A DNA stretch of 64,000 bases, taken from positions 144,956,001-145,020,000 of the forward strand of contig OZ320313.1 of NCBI GenBank assembly GCA_976226885.1, read 5' to 3'. Shown piece after piece: positions 51,694 to 64,000 of the stretch (positions are counted from its first letter, which is position 1; every line of letters begins with the position of its first letter). The stretch is from Iphione sp. A-MEVVRFRX5. Its lineage: Eukaryota. Under the pieces are notes generated by a model that was not told the DNA's origin, made no database searches, and worked only from the letters and a program-made list of their open reading frames with translations. Both the position numbers and the translations under genes were made by a program.

Positions 51694-54600
51694 TTCTCGA
51701 TCTTTAGTCACTGAGGTATGAAAAGGAATGACCCAAACCTTCTTCACTGAAACGAATGGGTATAATTACTTTAACAGCCCCTTCAACATTACCTCAGGTT
51801 ACTCCAAACCTTCTACACTGACTCATATGATAAAAGTTACTTGAAATGCCCCCTCAACATTGAGCATGCATAAGCGGACCGAAGCTTCTTGACTGAGTCA
51901 ACAAATTGTTCAGTTATAGGATAGGTCGGTTTAAATTAGATTTTGTCCTCAGCTTCAGTTACTAACGTGAGCAACGTTGGCCAGTGCATATGTTGTTAAT
52001 ATCACAAATACAAGTGCCTTTCACCTTGTCTTAACGCATAAATTGCGTTGGGCCCAGACACCCTCACTCCGGTTTTTGCTAGACAGTACCTTCCAGCCTC
52101 CGACCCATCCCACGATCAATTTGCTCTTCCCCCTCACCATGCCATGTAGGGAAATTTTGGCGCCAAAGATAATAAGTGTTTATGTTACGCTGGTGGATTG
52201 TGGCATAGACATAGACAATGAAAGCACGCCTGGGTTAATGATGGAGTTGTGTAATTGGAATGGGAGTTCGGTTCTAGTCCTTCCGTGACGGAGGGGCTAT
52301 CAGCAGGAGAACCATATACATCTACAGCCTTTACTGGCATAACTGCCTGCGTCTAACACACCTGTCCTTCCGGTCTTTCGAGGTTATGGAAGAAACTCAC
52401 ATTTGCGCATCAAATAATGAATTTCGTTTTACATTTGTATCTTCAAATTTCTAATCCTGAAACCATTTACATGTTTACCCTGGATTAAAACAGACCTGTC
52501 ATCCGACGCAGTCCCCAACATTTCACACAAACTTTTATTTATATTTATATTCATAGTAAGCTCCGTACAGGTAGATGATAAAGACTGTTGTCTGAGGGTA
52601 AAAAGCTGATTTTATCGAAACGAAACTAGTTGTGTAATGATATGCGAAAGAAGCATTTCGATTTCGCTGAGCTGACGTGTGTCAATCCAGAGCAAGGTCA
52701 GTGGGTGGGCCCAGTAGGAAGCACATGATTTCTACTAATATCGTTAACGATGCTTTGCACGAGCATATTTTTTCATTGTTTTCTCTTGACTGAAGGGTCT
52801 AGGCAAGATTTTTTCGAACGTTCAGATGCAGTGTTCTCGACATGTAGTCTTTTTTTCGGGACACCATAATTATATCAGAATATTGTCCCAGCCAGAGGCA
52901 GTTCAGTCTGTAACCAATTAAACAACATATTACATCCTTCACGAAGGTATGTACATGTATACATTAAATTCTCTTGTAGGCAGCCCATACTGTGCACGAG
53001 GATAAATCGTTATTTGCCTTACTTTAGTATCAATCTTAGTTTTGTTTCGCACGAGAATCCTTGGGAAAAGATACATTGAACGCGTTTCTAAGAGATTGGA
53101 TTATATAAGAGCTAAGAGCTGCCAATTGATGAATGATGTATTGTATACAGTTATTTAGAAGTCTGATGGGTGGCAGTTGAAAAGCACCATTTGTGGTAAC
53201 TTGACGTTTGCTCATCTAGATATAAGCCAGTTCTTTTTTACCGAGCCTGTCGCAGGAGAAGATACTTAACATAAAATATTAAAAGCGTATTTCCACGATG
53301 AAGAGTATACGGTATACTGTAAGTGGGCAAACGACATAGGCTGGCAAACATTCGATGCCAATGACTTTGACCTACTCTTCATCAGTACCACCAGTGCTCT
53401 CTGTGGGTGCACTTCTCTCTGAGCCTCAGGGTCTCCTTGGCAGTGGATTCAAGATCCTTGTGTGGAAACTACCGACTCTCACTAAATGTCACGGTCCGAT
53501 GAGCTGGTCGCTAGTTACGTCTCTGTCTGTGTGTTAGATGTGTGTCAGCTGTCTCCGCCATGCACAGGAAATGGGACTCCGACACTAGGTAGGTGTACAC
53601 AGCTTGGTAGGTTGCGATATATTATTCTCACAAAGAGACATGCTGATGAATGTCATGAGGGGGGACACATGCTAATAGCTACCAACAGAAGGAATAATTC
53701 AACCTCTACGTGTACAAACTTTGGAGAATCAGCTGTGTACGTTCGCTTCCACATTCACATCGGCCGTTGAACTAATATACACAAGAAATACATTATGGAT
53801 ATAAACATACACATACATGTATATTTATCACTCATAGTAGACCCTTCTAATACAAAATCGATACCTTGCGACAGAATAGTCATAGCTACGTTTCCATAAT
53901 AACATCATGAATTACTGAAAAGGAGAACATGAAGGAGTAGACCGCTCAGAAAACCTTGACATTTCAGCACTTGCACATATGGAAGAGACACCTACAGATT
54001 GCTTTTTATGTGTTCCTCGTGACACTGAGGGTTTGTTGACGAAGGAGCGAATTTAATTTGAAATATTTTATATAGATGTGAACCCCAGTATAGACATTAA
54101 TTCGCATTTTGATATGTACTGGACCACGACCTTGAATGCCTTTCTTTTACAATACTCAAGAGTTGTAAGAGTCCCTGTTGGTCCATTGACTAACATTAAA
54201 GGAGCCCTGCCACCCATTTCTCTCTATGTTCCTATCATCCCTCTGGACTTTATTCTCACCTTTACGGCCTCTACCTTTATGTTCCAACCCCCCCCCCAAA
54301 GTACATTATTCTGTGTAATTGTTCTGTGCTTACCAGCAGAGGTGTGATTATAGGTGTTTAAAGTACTCAATAGAACAATATAATTCCTCAACATAGGGAC
54401 TCACTCAAATCGCTCTGAAACTCAAGTAATTTGACAGTTTCTTTTCACTCTGGCCTGTCTGTATTTGCTGTCAATGCTTCTTGCATTTAGTGGACTTTGA
54501 TCCCCAGTCCGCTGCATGAATTCTGTTGTCTATAAATAGACTTTATGAGTGCCAGCACTCTTATCCACTGTACCACAAAGATTGCACAATGATTGAAAGG

Positions 54601-54951
54601 TTGTTTTTGCATTTGTCGATCTATTTGCTGGGGTTAAAATTGAAATTGCGTACTATTATAAGATGTGCCCCCTTTCTTTTAACGAATCAGTCGCATTACC
54701 ATAACTTCCAGTACAACTCTCCGTATTGTCATGAACTCACTGCAGCTTTAGTGTGCCTCTGGTAGGTTCCCATGCCTTCCAGAATTAATGACATCTGATG
54801 TGTAATCTCTCATAAAACTCTGCATATTTTCATGAATGCGTAACATTTTTAGTGAAACCTGTTCTTTACAAACGCATGCCCATTATATTTTGGTGCATTT
54901 CATAAACCTCTGTTACCTGCTCGCCACTCTCTCCCCCTCTGTCTCTGCCTC

Positions 54952-54952
<1 letters not shown>

Positions 54953-55010
<58 letters not shown>
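54953..55010. repeat. Compound (CTGT)n(CT)n microsatellite
   Basis: Direct reading. Confidence 0.95.
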
Positions 55011-55013
<3 letters not shown>

Positions 55014-58000
55014 GCGATCACTTGAATGGCCTCCTCTTCTATCGACTTAGAGGATATTACTCTCTTGAATGGATCAGCAAATCAGTCAGTGTGAGGGAGG
55101 GGGGAATTTAATTTAGATGTAGCCCTTGTCAGTCTGTTATTCATAGCCCCCATCACTTCATTTTGGGTCAACGGAATGACCGGTACTTCATCTTGTACTG
55201 AAACATTATGAGCACCGATGAGTGATGCACGTGAACTGTTCACAATCAGTTCAGGGCTGTGTATGTGCTATCCCTGGATTTCGATGGGTTCCGCTGGTAT
55301 GTCTTTATTCCGGTTCCCTGTTGTAGTTTTGAGTCGTACACACATCTGCATATGCACGTTTTTCTAATTGCATGAAGCGTTTACCTGTTGAGTGCATCAG
55401 TGCAAGAGCTTATTGCGGCCAAGCGGCTAACAGTAGCATTCTAGCATTATTGATTGTTATTGACTGGATAAGAGCGTAGCTAATTAAATGAAGCTTGTAC
55501 CTGCAAGTTGTTTGCAGCAGAATCAACAGGTAGCATTCTCGAATGAATATGGGTCCACTCTTGTCACTATCGCGGGGAAAAGATTTTATTCATCGACAAA
55601 TTGTACATGAAATTTCTTCGCTGAAAAAAAATCGTTTACGTAAAACAACAATTCCCCCAAAAGGCTTCTGACGAGAGATTTGTTCTTCACATGAGTGATA
55701 TTTGCACATGCCACATAAGAAAGGACCACGGTGGTCCTATGGTGTGGTTGTACACAAGACGCTGCAATAGGCACAAATCATCCTGCAGCCATGGCCAGGA
55801 ATGGAACACTTCAACTACAGAATTAAATTATTATTTCTAGTTTATCATCATATGATCACATTGGGGACGACCAAAGTGTAGACAGGGGAGATATAATCAG
55901 CATTACGTTTCCCTTTTCAAGTCTAGGGAATAAACCTGTTACATCATAAGGTGGACAGGACCACCTAAGAGAAAATTTTGGAAAGTAACTGATGTCTGCC
56001 TGCAGTGCAGCGGTTGACTGTACATGAATTCCTTGTTACTAGAGGAAGGACCATGTCCAGGGTTCCTAATTATATCTACGCATTAGGACAGGGTTTCTTT
56101 TAGAACCAGACAAATATTGACTGATTACTTTAGGGAATGTTAATTATCCAGGCGAAAAAAACATGGACCGTGTTGTATGAGGAGTCAGCAAAACCAATAA
56201 TTCCAGGTATTCTTGTGCGAACGGGAACAATTTCCTTGGTTGTTATGACTTCTGTTTATTGCAAATAAGCTGAGGAAGACCAACAAAAATACTAGAACAA
56301 CCAGTCACTTGGCATTTAAGAGAGCAGAGGATGTGGTGTGCAAAAGACACTCCTCTGAGATAGCACAGGTTTCCAGTAATGGGATAAGACAGAGGCCAAA
56401 TACTCTTTTCTCCCTCTCTGTACGCCGCACTGTTTCGTTCGTCTCACCTCGAAGTTCAATCGATGTTGTTTACCTAGTGGCTAATTAAATCTCCACCTAA
56501 TCCATGGCGGTCATTTTTGGAATAAGGCCAAGGATTGCTAACAGTGGTAATTAGAGATTCCGTTGAAACTGTCTGCTGTGTGATGGCTTTTCATGTCCTC
56601 TGGCATGTTAACACGTTTAGCAAGATCCTTCAACCTGACATAACCTTACAGTACTAACCGTCGTATTGCAAGAGCTTCTTTTGGTATCTTGCGTTTTACT
56701 TTCCGTTTTAATACATACCCCATTCAAAGTAGCCACCTCGGTTTGATGTATTGATTCAATGAGATTTTTTGCCAGAAGAGCCTCTGGGTGGTTTGTGCTT
56801 TGTGAAGTTTTTTTTTGTATCAACACTAAAACCATTATTTTTTTCAATTAATAACATGAAAGTATTTAAAGATTGATAGAAGTCCACAAAATCTGTTTGT
56901 TTCTATTACCACATACTGGGGTAAAAACTATTTTAACATGTATTTTTGTATCAGTCCCGGACACGGAGAATAAATTGTATAAAATTTCAATGAGAAGCAA
57001 ATTATAGCCGTAAAGGCATAATTTTATTTAAGAAACAGTATGAAATGTACAATTTCATAGAGGGTAGAAACATCGCAGGAGGAATGGAGAACATAGCAAA
57101 ATATGCATTTTTCTTCGATTTCTCAGCCAGTAATCTTCAGAACAGATTAGAATACAAAATAGAATGGTCTTGGGTGGGATGTGCCAGAAATGCAGAAAGA
57201 AAGGTACCGGTATTTAAAATTATGATAATGACCCTGTTTCATCAAATTTAAGAACTGTGTATTTTGTAAGTCTGATGCGAAAAATGGTACAATTGACCAT
57301 AAAGCGTTTGACAAAACGTTTTTAAAACACACCACTTGTTTTCGGAGTTTGTTATGAGTGAAATGACTATCGCGAGCTTCTCTCTAGGCTGGAATAGTCG
57401 GCTACAGACTTGAAACTGATATTGAGCTACAGAAAATGTCTGGTAGAACAGAAGATAAAATGTAAATCCAGAGGAATATGTTTGATGACTGCGAATTTCA
57501 TGTAATGAAACAAACTTGCAGGGGACAAACCACTTAACGTTTATCGTCAACAACCTACATGTATATAAATGAACAAAAATGCATTACAAAAAATGAAACG
57601 CTAAAACATTGATTAAGGGAGTTGTGATAAACCCTGATGAATTTCCTATAGCTTTGCACATGTCAAAACATTCTCGATGACATAAATGTTTTGCTGCATA
57701 TCACACTGTGTACTGTCAAACGTTACTGGAAGGAAGAACTATAATGTGGTTTTAATTTAGATTTAGGACAGTCTGAGGTAGTGATGAATATGGCCTTTTT
57801 AGCCAATAATATACGTCCTAGTTTTAACAAAAATAGACGCCCTAATTTTGGTCTGAGCATAAATACTGGTTGCCTTGTGGCATTCTACTGTATTGCGGGT
57901 TATTGTGGATTATAACTAGTCCAAAACCAGTTATATTTATTATCGGAATAGTTTTGTTCAGGGCAATACCATCATTGTGTTGGTGAATACGCCCTATCGA

Positions 58001-59037
58001 ATTCCGTAAGTATGATCTGCTTTTCTTTTGAAGTATAAAGCAGAAACTGAACGCCACATTCGGTTCGAGAGCATTATATGTTTACTCATCTTCGGCTAGT
58101 AATGCTTCTCATAGTTTCTTGACCGTTTATTCCGAAGTGCCCCTTCTTTTAGGAAGGATGAGGGAATTCTCTCCAAATGACCAATGAGCCCATGACTAGC
58201 ACGTTTGGTCACACAGCTCATCCGTTTACATTGCCTCGCACACAGCCAGGATTCCCCAGGGTCGTTGGTGACCGATCGAGCACCTCCTATTCTCCTCTTG
58301 CCCGGAAATTGCAGGAAAGTTATAATCTGTGCATTATTCAAACGAACCCCGATTTGCGAGCGCTGGCTCGCACCAATACCCGTGACAGGCTAGTTATGGC
58401 AGAGCACATTGGTCAGTCCCGATAACTCAATTTGTGGAAATTTACAGGAAGGAAATAGGAGAAAGAAAACAGTTTGACATTTGGAATATTATTCTTCCCA
58501 TTTTCTTCTACATTAAGTACAGTTTTTCAGACAATATACTTTTACAGATTTTTGTACTTCTGCTTCAATCTTTCCTCATAGGCGAGTCGGTCTTTTATCT
58601 AATACAAGCGGCCATTTACAATGTACCTTCATCAAATCCACGCTTTAGTTTATAAACAAATATGCTCCTTTAAACGCCACTTATTAGCTTTCGTCATACT
58701 TCTTGTGGAACGTTTTTATTGTTATTGATGGGCCAATTGAATCTGAAAGCAATAGAAATGGTCCTTTTTGGTCATTTCAGGGATCAGATTGCTTCAATCT
58801 TGAGAACTTAAAGGTCAATCTTCCAACATGTCCAAAACATCTTCCGGGCGAGCAAAGGATTGTCGTTCTCGATGAAGCTTTATCATTCAGTGCTAGTTAT
58901 ATTGTTCGGGCGATGGTACACACTTGTTTCAAAATCTTGAGTTTGAAAGCCAGTCTGAGCTGAGCTACATTTTAAAGACGCCTTTTTTTTAATATGCACA
59001 TGTGCCTAGGATGCTGTTGGCCTAATTTTCCTCGCAG

Positions 59038-59190
59038 GTTTTTTTATCTGTGTGTGTCAGAAAGGATCCCTCGGAGGCCCAGCTCCCGCGGACTACGAGC
59101 CATCTTGTCACATCCATTGCAATGGCCGGAGTTTAGAGTGCACACATTGTGGGCCAATTATGTCAGAAACGGCCCCAAAAATACGTTCAG
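59038..59190 (+). CDS. Candidate 153-nt exon, Cys-rich in the phase-1 frame (host gene unidentified)
   Basis: Acceptor aattttcctcgcag, donor gtaaca, length divisible by 3. Phase-1 frame reads FFICVCQKGSLGGPAPADYEPSCHIHCNGRSLECTHCGPIMSETAPKIRS; a second frame is also open. Confidence 0.3.
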
Positions 59191-61080
59191 GTAACAAGGG
59201 AAACTGAGCTACTCCCGCCGTCTCCGGATGCTGCTGGCAGGGCGTGCCAACTTTGCCCCTCGAGCAGTCAGTCCCCCGTCCTAGTATTTGATTGATATTA
59301 AACGTATGACCTCAAAAAAAGGGTACATATACTCTATGCCTAATCACAAGAGGGGGATGGAGAAAGAAGGGGTGGGGCAGGAGTTTGCATTGTGAGAGAG
59401 ATAGTTGGAGGTAATTGGAAGTATGAGTGCTCCAGTAGCTGGATCTGGATCAGTTTCACCTAAACTATGTTCTAACCATAATATTCTTCAAACGGATTTA
59501 AAGAGAAACACCAAGGACATAACGAGACCTTTTTGATGGACAAAGAGATTTGTACTTTTGTTTCAAGTTGTTTTCCTTCGAGTGTAAATGGAGATCGTTT
59601 AAACATTAAAACATATAATATTTTTAAAAACCGACAGCTGTTTTAAGAAGGGATCATAACGTTCTCCGGAGTAAGGTCAGCTGGTGTTGGTGAATACCGC
59701 AACTGTGAATTGAGTTTGATCCCGGATAGTACCATATCAGTAAGTCGGGATCTTCTTAGTGAGCCTGTAATCCAAGTGGCAAAGCTTCATCTATATATGT
59801 ATATGTGCAGGGATTTGAAAGGCACTGTCTGCTTTAGTTTATTGCTGGGCATCTGCACTTACTGCGAAGTTTCTGATGCCGTCAAAAAGTGTGTGCGGCG
59901 TGCAGCGTGCGAACGTGAGTGGAAGGCGCTGCGGGGCACTCCGACGTCGTCGCTGTGCCAGGCGCACAGACCTGTTGTGGGGTCTGGCATTACATCTATC
60001 ACATTGCCCACCCACCCACCTGGCATACCCATCATCCTGACCACCAGCCTGACGGGCCAGCCAGCCCACTCAGCTAACGGTACCGCCCACCTACGCTCCC
60101 GCTGTCCACAAACACTGCAACACTGCACGGTGCGCGCGGCAGCGGCGTGCTTCTGTGGCTTGCTGCTAGTCAAACAAGAGACGCCACGGAGTCAGAATCG
60201 GCGGCAGGAACGAATCTTCAGTTCATATGTTGAGAGAGGAAATCTGTGTCCATTCCATCCATTATCTTCATGAAAAGACGTTCTTATTTGGATTCCTGCT
60301 GGACTGCCTCTGCGTTTGGCGTCGTCATGGACGCTGATATGATTTATTACCTGGCCAAAGCCTTTAACGTGGACATATCGAATAATTTCGGTACTATGGC
60401 CGGCAGGTACGTTGACATCCCGCTTCTCTAGTTTCCATCACTTAAACGTTTGGCTTATTCGCCATACGTCAGTTTAATCCTTGTGTCAAGACGCCTTCGT
60501 CAGCGTCGGCTTCTTTCTTAGATCCGTGAGTCTCAGTGGTTGTTTCACTAGGAATCATAACATGAACTCGTATCTGTCTAAAGCCTGTAACATCTGTTTT
60601 ACAACTGACGAATGGTGATAAAATCTTCAAGATTTGCCTGTGTAGCACAATTTAAGTGAGCGGATTCTTAGGAAAGGGTTGATTGCCTCCTGAAACACGG
60701 CTGATGGATATCGCTTATCGTTGACCATCATTTAGAGTTTGCGTCATATTTTCATATTTTACATTGTGGTCAAACAAGGCCTGATGACTTGCGAGAATAT
60801 ATAGATTTAACTGCCGTTTTCAATGTGTAACTGCTGAGTGCATTTCATCTCTACTGACGCGGGAAGTTTGTATGACTGCGCCATATTGATGGATGGCCCC
60901 ATGTCCTGTCAGTAATAACGAGTAAGGAGTTTTATTGACATTCTTGATACTAACAGGCCGGTTTTACATGTAGCCGGTTTTGCCGCTTTCGCATCCGACC
61001 GCGGGACTTGGTTTCCGGCGGGTCCTCGACCAACATCAGATTCTTCTTCGTCAATGCCTCCATTGCAATGTATGTCCAGT

Positions 61081-61152
61081 AGTATGTCATATGCAAGTCC
61101 AGGTTTCGAAATCAACACCTACTCACTGACCGCAGGAACCAAGGCTGATCAG
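61081..61152 (-). repeat. 72-bp inverted copy of 63332-63403
   Basis: 71/72 identity to the reverse complement; flanked by the direct repeat gtatgtccagtag (61070-61082, 61152-61164). Confidence 0.92.
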
Positions 61153-61186
61153 TATGTCCAGTAGACTGATAAACAAGTCGCATAAT

Positions 61187-61361
61187 CAGACCCGTAGCCA
61201 AGGGGGTATCGGGGATATCGTCCGATACCCCCCCCCCCCCCAAAACATTGATGTCAACAGGCCTTTATAGAGGTAAAAAAAAAAACTAGTTCCACCTGTG
61301 TGGTATTGGGAATATCGTCCGATACCCCCCCCCCCCAGAAAATGGTCTGGCTACGGGCCTG
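61187..61361. mobile_element. 175-bp MITE-like element
   Basis: TIRs cagacccgtagcca / tggctacgggcctg (13/14 match), flanked on both sides by cataat (61181-61186, 61362-61367); internal duplicated atatcgtccgatac-polyC. Confidence 0.85.
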
Positions 61362-63221
61362 CATAATTATCTCTTTTCAGTGTCTTTAACATACCTGACC
61401 GGTTGTAAGCTGTATATTCCAGTTTAATGAGCTATTGATGGATCGTGTTGCCTATGTAGTATGAAGTGGGCGGGTCATTTCCAGTATCTATTACTAAAAC
61501 GTTATGAGAAAATATAAACGAGATCCCACACATCCCCAATAGATCGACCAGTGTGTATGAGTTTTAGGGTAGGGATATCGTTCTAGGGGTGACGTGCGGT
61601 GAACATGTATACCATCGTATCTATGCGTCCGCCTCAGCGAAAAAGGGAAGGCGGACAATCATCGGGGCGCAAGTAACTGCGGGCTCAGCACATCATGTTA
61701 CATCAAGTTTGTATGTTTCTGTATGTTCTTCCTTCATTTAAGAGTCATATAAATGTTTTACGTACAGACCTCCTGTGCAAAATAACATGAATATCCATCA
61801 GTGACGGTCATTGTGTTATGGACACATGCGCATGGATCTTTCCATACTGCCTGCAGTCAAGAACATGCTGGACATGCACCAGGTATCTACTTGATAAGCA
61901 TAATGTAGAGGTGGATCGTAACATGGGTTTCCCAACCTATTGATGATGAGCTAAATAATAATGGCGGCAACAGTTGTATGCTGGCCGATATACATATTCG
62001 TCATGGGGTGGTCAACTGCAAACAGATTTATTGTACCCCCAACCAAGAGTCGTACGTAAACATCTGTAAACACGTAAACATCTTCTCTATAAGGTTGTGG
62101 GCATATAGGATTACATTCCCTTTGCAAAAGTGAGAGGAATCAGAACCCTATTCAAAGCGTCGAGGATAACCCCAATTACAATGTTTACTAGTGACTTCTC
62201 AGTAATAGATTGTTGTGTACTTTCCCAGGACAACATGGAATAACAACTGAGAAAAATGTTAATGGCAAGTTCCTGGATAACGATATGAAATAGAAAGCCC
62301 CCGAATGTCTGTGGTCCCAACCATAGATCATGCCCGCCTGTGGGGAGACAGGCACGATGCTATCACTACCAACTCTTAAACTATGGCTAGTGGTCTGTTC
62401 GATTGTAATTGAACCTCCACCTCCAAGACGGGGGACTATATGAATTCTGCTGTCCGCTGGCTGATCCACCATCGTTATCTTGTGGCTCAGTTAACTCTGT
62501 AACTATTATGAATTATGAATTGACTATTTTAATGATACTTTCCTAATTATGACTGCTTACCACTGGCTTATTTCTATATAATTTCAAGTGATCTCCATGT
62601 GAAATCAGTTTGTTATAGTTTACAAGGAGGTGATCACCGGATAGGCGCTTATAAATATGTACAGAGAGGGAGACCACCAGGGCTTGAGCAGTCATGCATG
62701 AAATGGTTACTGACATGCATGATAGCTGTAGGTTGTGGGGAAGGGGTAGATGGCCGCAGGTCCACTTTCTTGACGGGCATGGAATGACATGAATTCTCAC
62801 GGTGGTGACAAAGCTATCTGGCTCAGTTTGTTTATGGATGCTGCACACAAAAGCCTACTCACACTCTACCATCCTTTGTCCCTGTTCATGTGAAATCATA
62901 AGATATTTACAGCTCCTAATGTTTTAAATGGATCTTCCCGTTTTGGTACAAGTTATTTCACTGAATAGGAACAGAGGATTGTGTTGATATTACTAATGAT
63001 GTAAGTTGCTTATTACCAGTAATGGGAAAAGTGTTCAAAATTAACTCTGAACAAATTGACCACTTGGCTTTAAAAGCATGGGATTCCTTGAAACCATGCC
63101 ATATTTTGTTCAGACTTACTTGTCTAGAAACATAAGTCAAGCAGCTTGGTCAAATCTTACACAAGTGCAACAAAGATTGCTGACCTACACCCAAACAATT
63201 AACCAGTGGTCTGTAAGTGAC

Positions 63222-63496
63222 TGTTAATTTCGAAACCTGGACTTGTATATGACGTACTTTGTCCTGCATATGCCAGAACCAGTCCCCAAACAGTTGTACG
63301 TAAGCTCCACGCAAGAGAAATTGACTAGGGTCTGATCAGCCTTGGTTCCTGCGGTCAGTGAGTAGGTGTTAATTTCGAAACCTGGACTTGCATATGACAT
63401 ACTTTGTCTTGCATTTGCCAGACCAGTCCCCAAATAATTATATGTAAGATCCATGAAGGAGAATTTGACCCTTGTCTGACCGGTCATTGCTTCTGC
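63222..63496. repeat. Diverged tandem duplication, ~145-bp unit, ~1.9 copies
   Basis: tgttaatttcgaaacctggacttg starts at 63222 and again at 63367; similarity continues to ~63496. Confidence 0.9.
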
Positions 63497-63799
63497 AACA
63501 ATCTACCAGCGACTAAGTCCTTGATGGAACCTGAGCCGCGATTCGATACTCTCGAGGCCTGCAATGTCAGCAGAGTAAGCAACCTCCCTAGAAAATTATT
63601 ACCATCCTCAAGCATAGGCCAACCAATCGATGACGGCAAGTGGTTACCATGGTACTCTATGGGATACCAGTTCATTAGGAATGTGTAGATAGACAAATTA
63701 TCGTATCAGCGGGCGAACACACTCCAAACTTCAATAATCGATAAATACTCCACGTAAAAAAAAAACATGAAATACATGTATCGGAAGCCGAGCGGGAGC

Positions 63800-64000
63800 A
63801 GCAAAAGGAGAGATGGCATTAATGGGGAGAGTGGAGGAGAGAATTACAAGAAGGATAGAAGGATGGAAAGAGACGACAGGAGAATAAAAAAAGGAAGTGA
63901 AAACGTAACTGTATAGAATAGAGGGGAGGCGGAAAAAGGAGGAAAGGAAGACGGCTGAGAAGGAGGAGAGGAGGACAAGTAAGGAACAGAGGGAAGAGAA
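63800..64000. repeat. Purine-rich (A/G) low-complexity tract running off the window
   Basis: Direct reading. Confidence 0.85.

Noticed and set aside
52130-52170. TGGCGCC resembling an LTR primer-binding site
   Set aside because: Part of a tttggcgccaaa palindrome; no LTR or retroelement ORF adjacent.
1-64000. tRNA, rRNA, snRNA genes, CRISPR arrays or prokaryotic operons
   Set aside because: No convincing A/B boxes with a cloverleaf, no rRNA or snRNA signatures, and no repeat-spacer array; the tandem repeats have no unique spacers.

Overview
AT-rich eukaryotic DNA, probably from an invertebrate animal (inference from spliceosomal-type signals, microsatellites, LINE/Penelope/DIRS elements and the absence of operons). 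It is mostly intronic or intergenic, and I cannot name any host gene. The main feature is a full-length tyrosine-recombinase (YR) retrotransposon of the Ngaro/PAT type (DIRS order) at 32487-36781 (+). It has split direct repeats A1...B1-A2-B2, gag with zinc-finger motifs, RT (YLDD), RNase H and an overlapping, uninterrupted YR ORF; gag and pol carry a few disabling lesions. gag and pol share one frame across a single TGA-CTG, which suggests stop-codon readthrough, and a phase-matched donor/acceptor pair could splice the gag N-terminus onto YR. Also present: a 2.3-kb Penelope-like element lacking RT and flanked by a 16-bp direct repeat (28194-30506, -), three or four CR1/L2-like LINE remnants, a 175-bp MITE, a 69-bp templated insertion matching an inverted source about 2.2 kb away, several mini- and microsatellites, and strong enrichment of the palindrome TACATGTA. 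A few candidate exons are listed at low confidence. All alignments and counts were done by eye; no database search was run.
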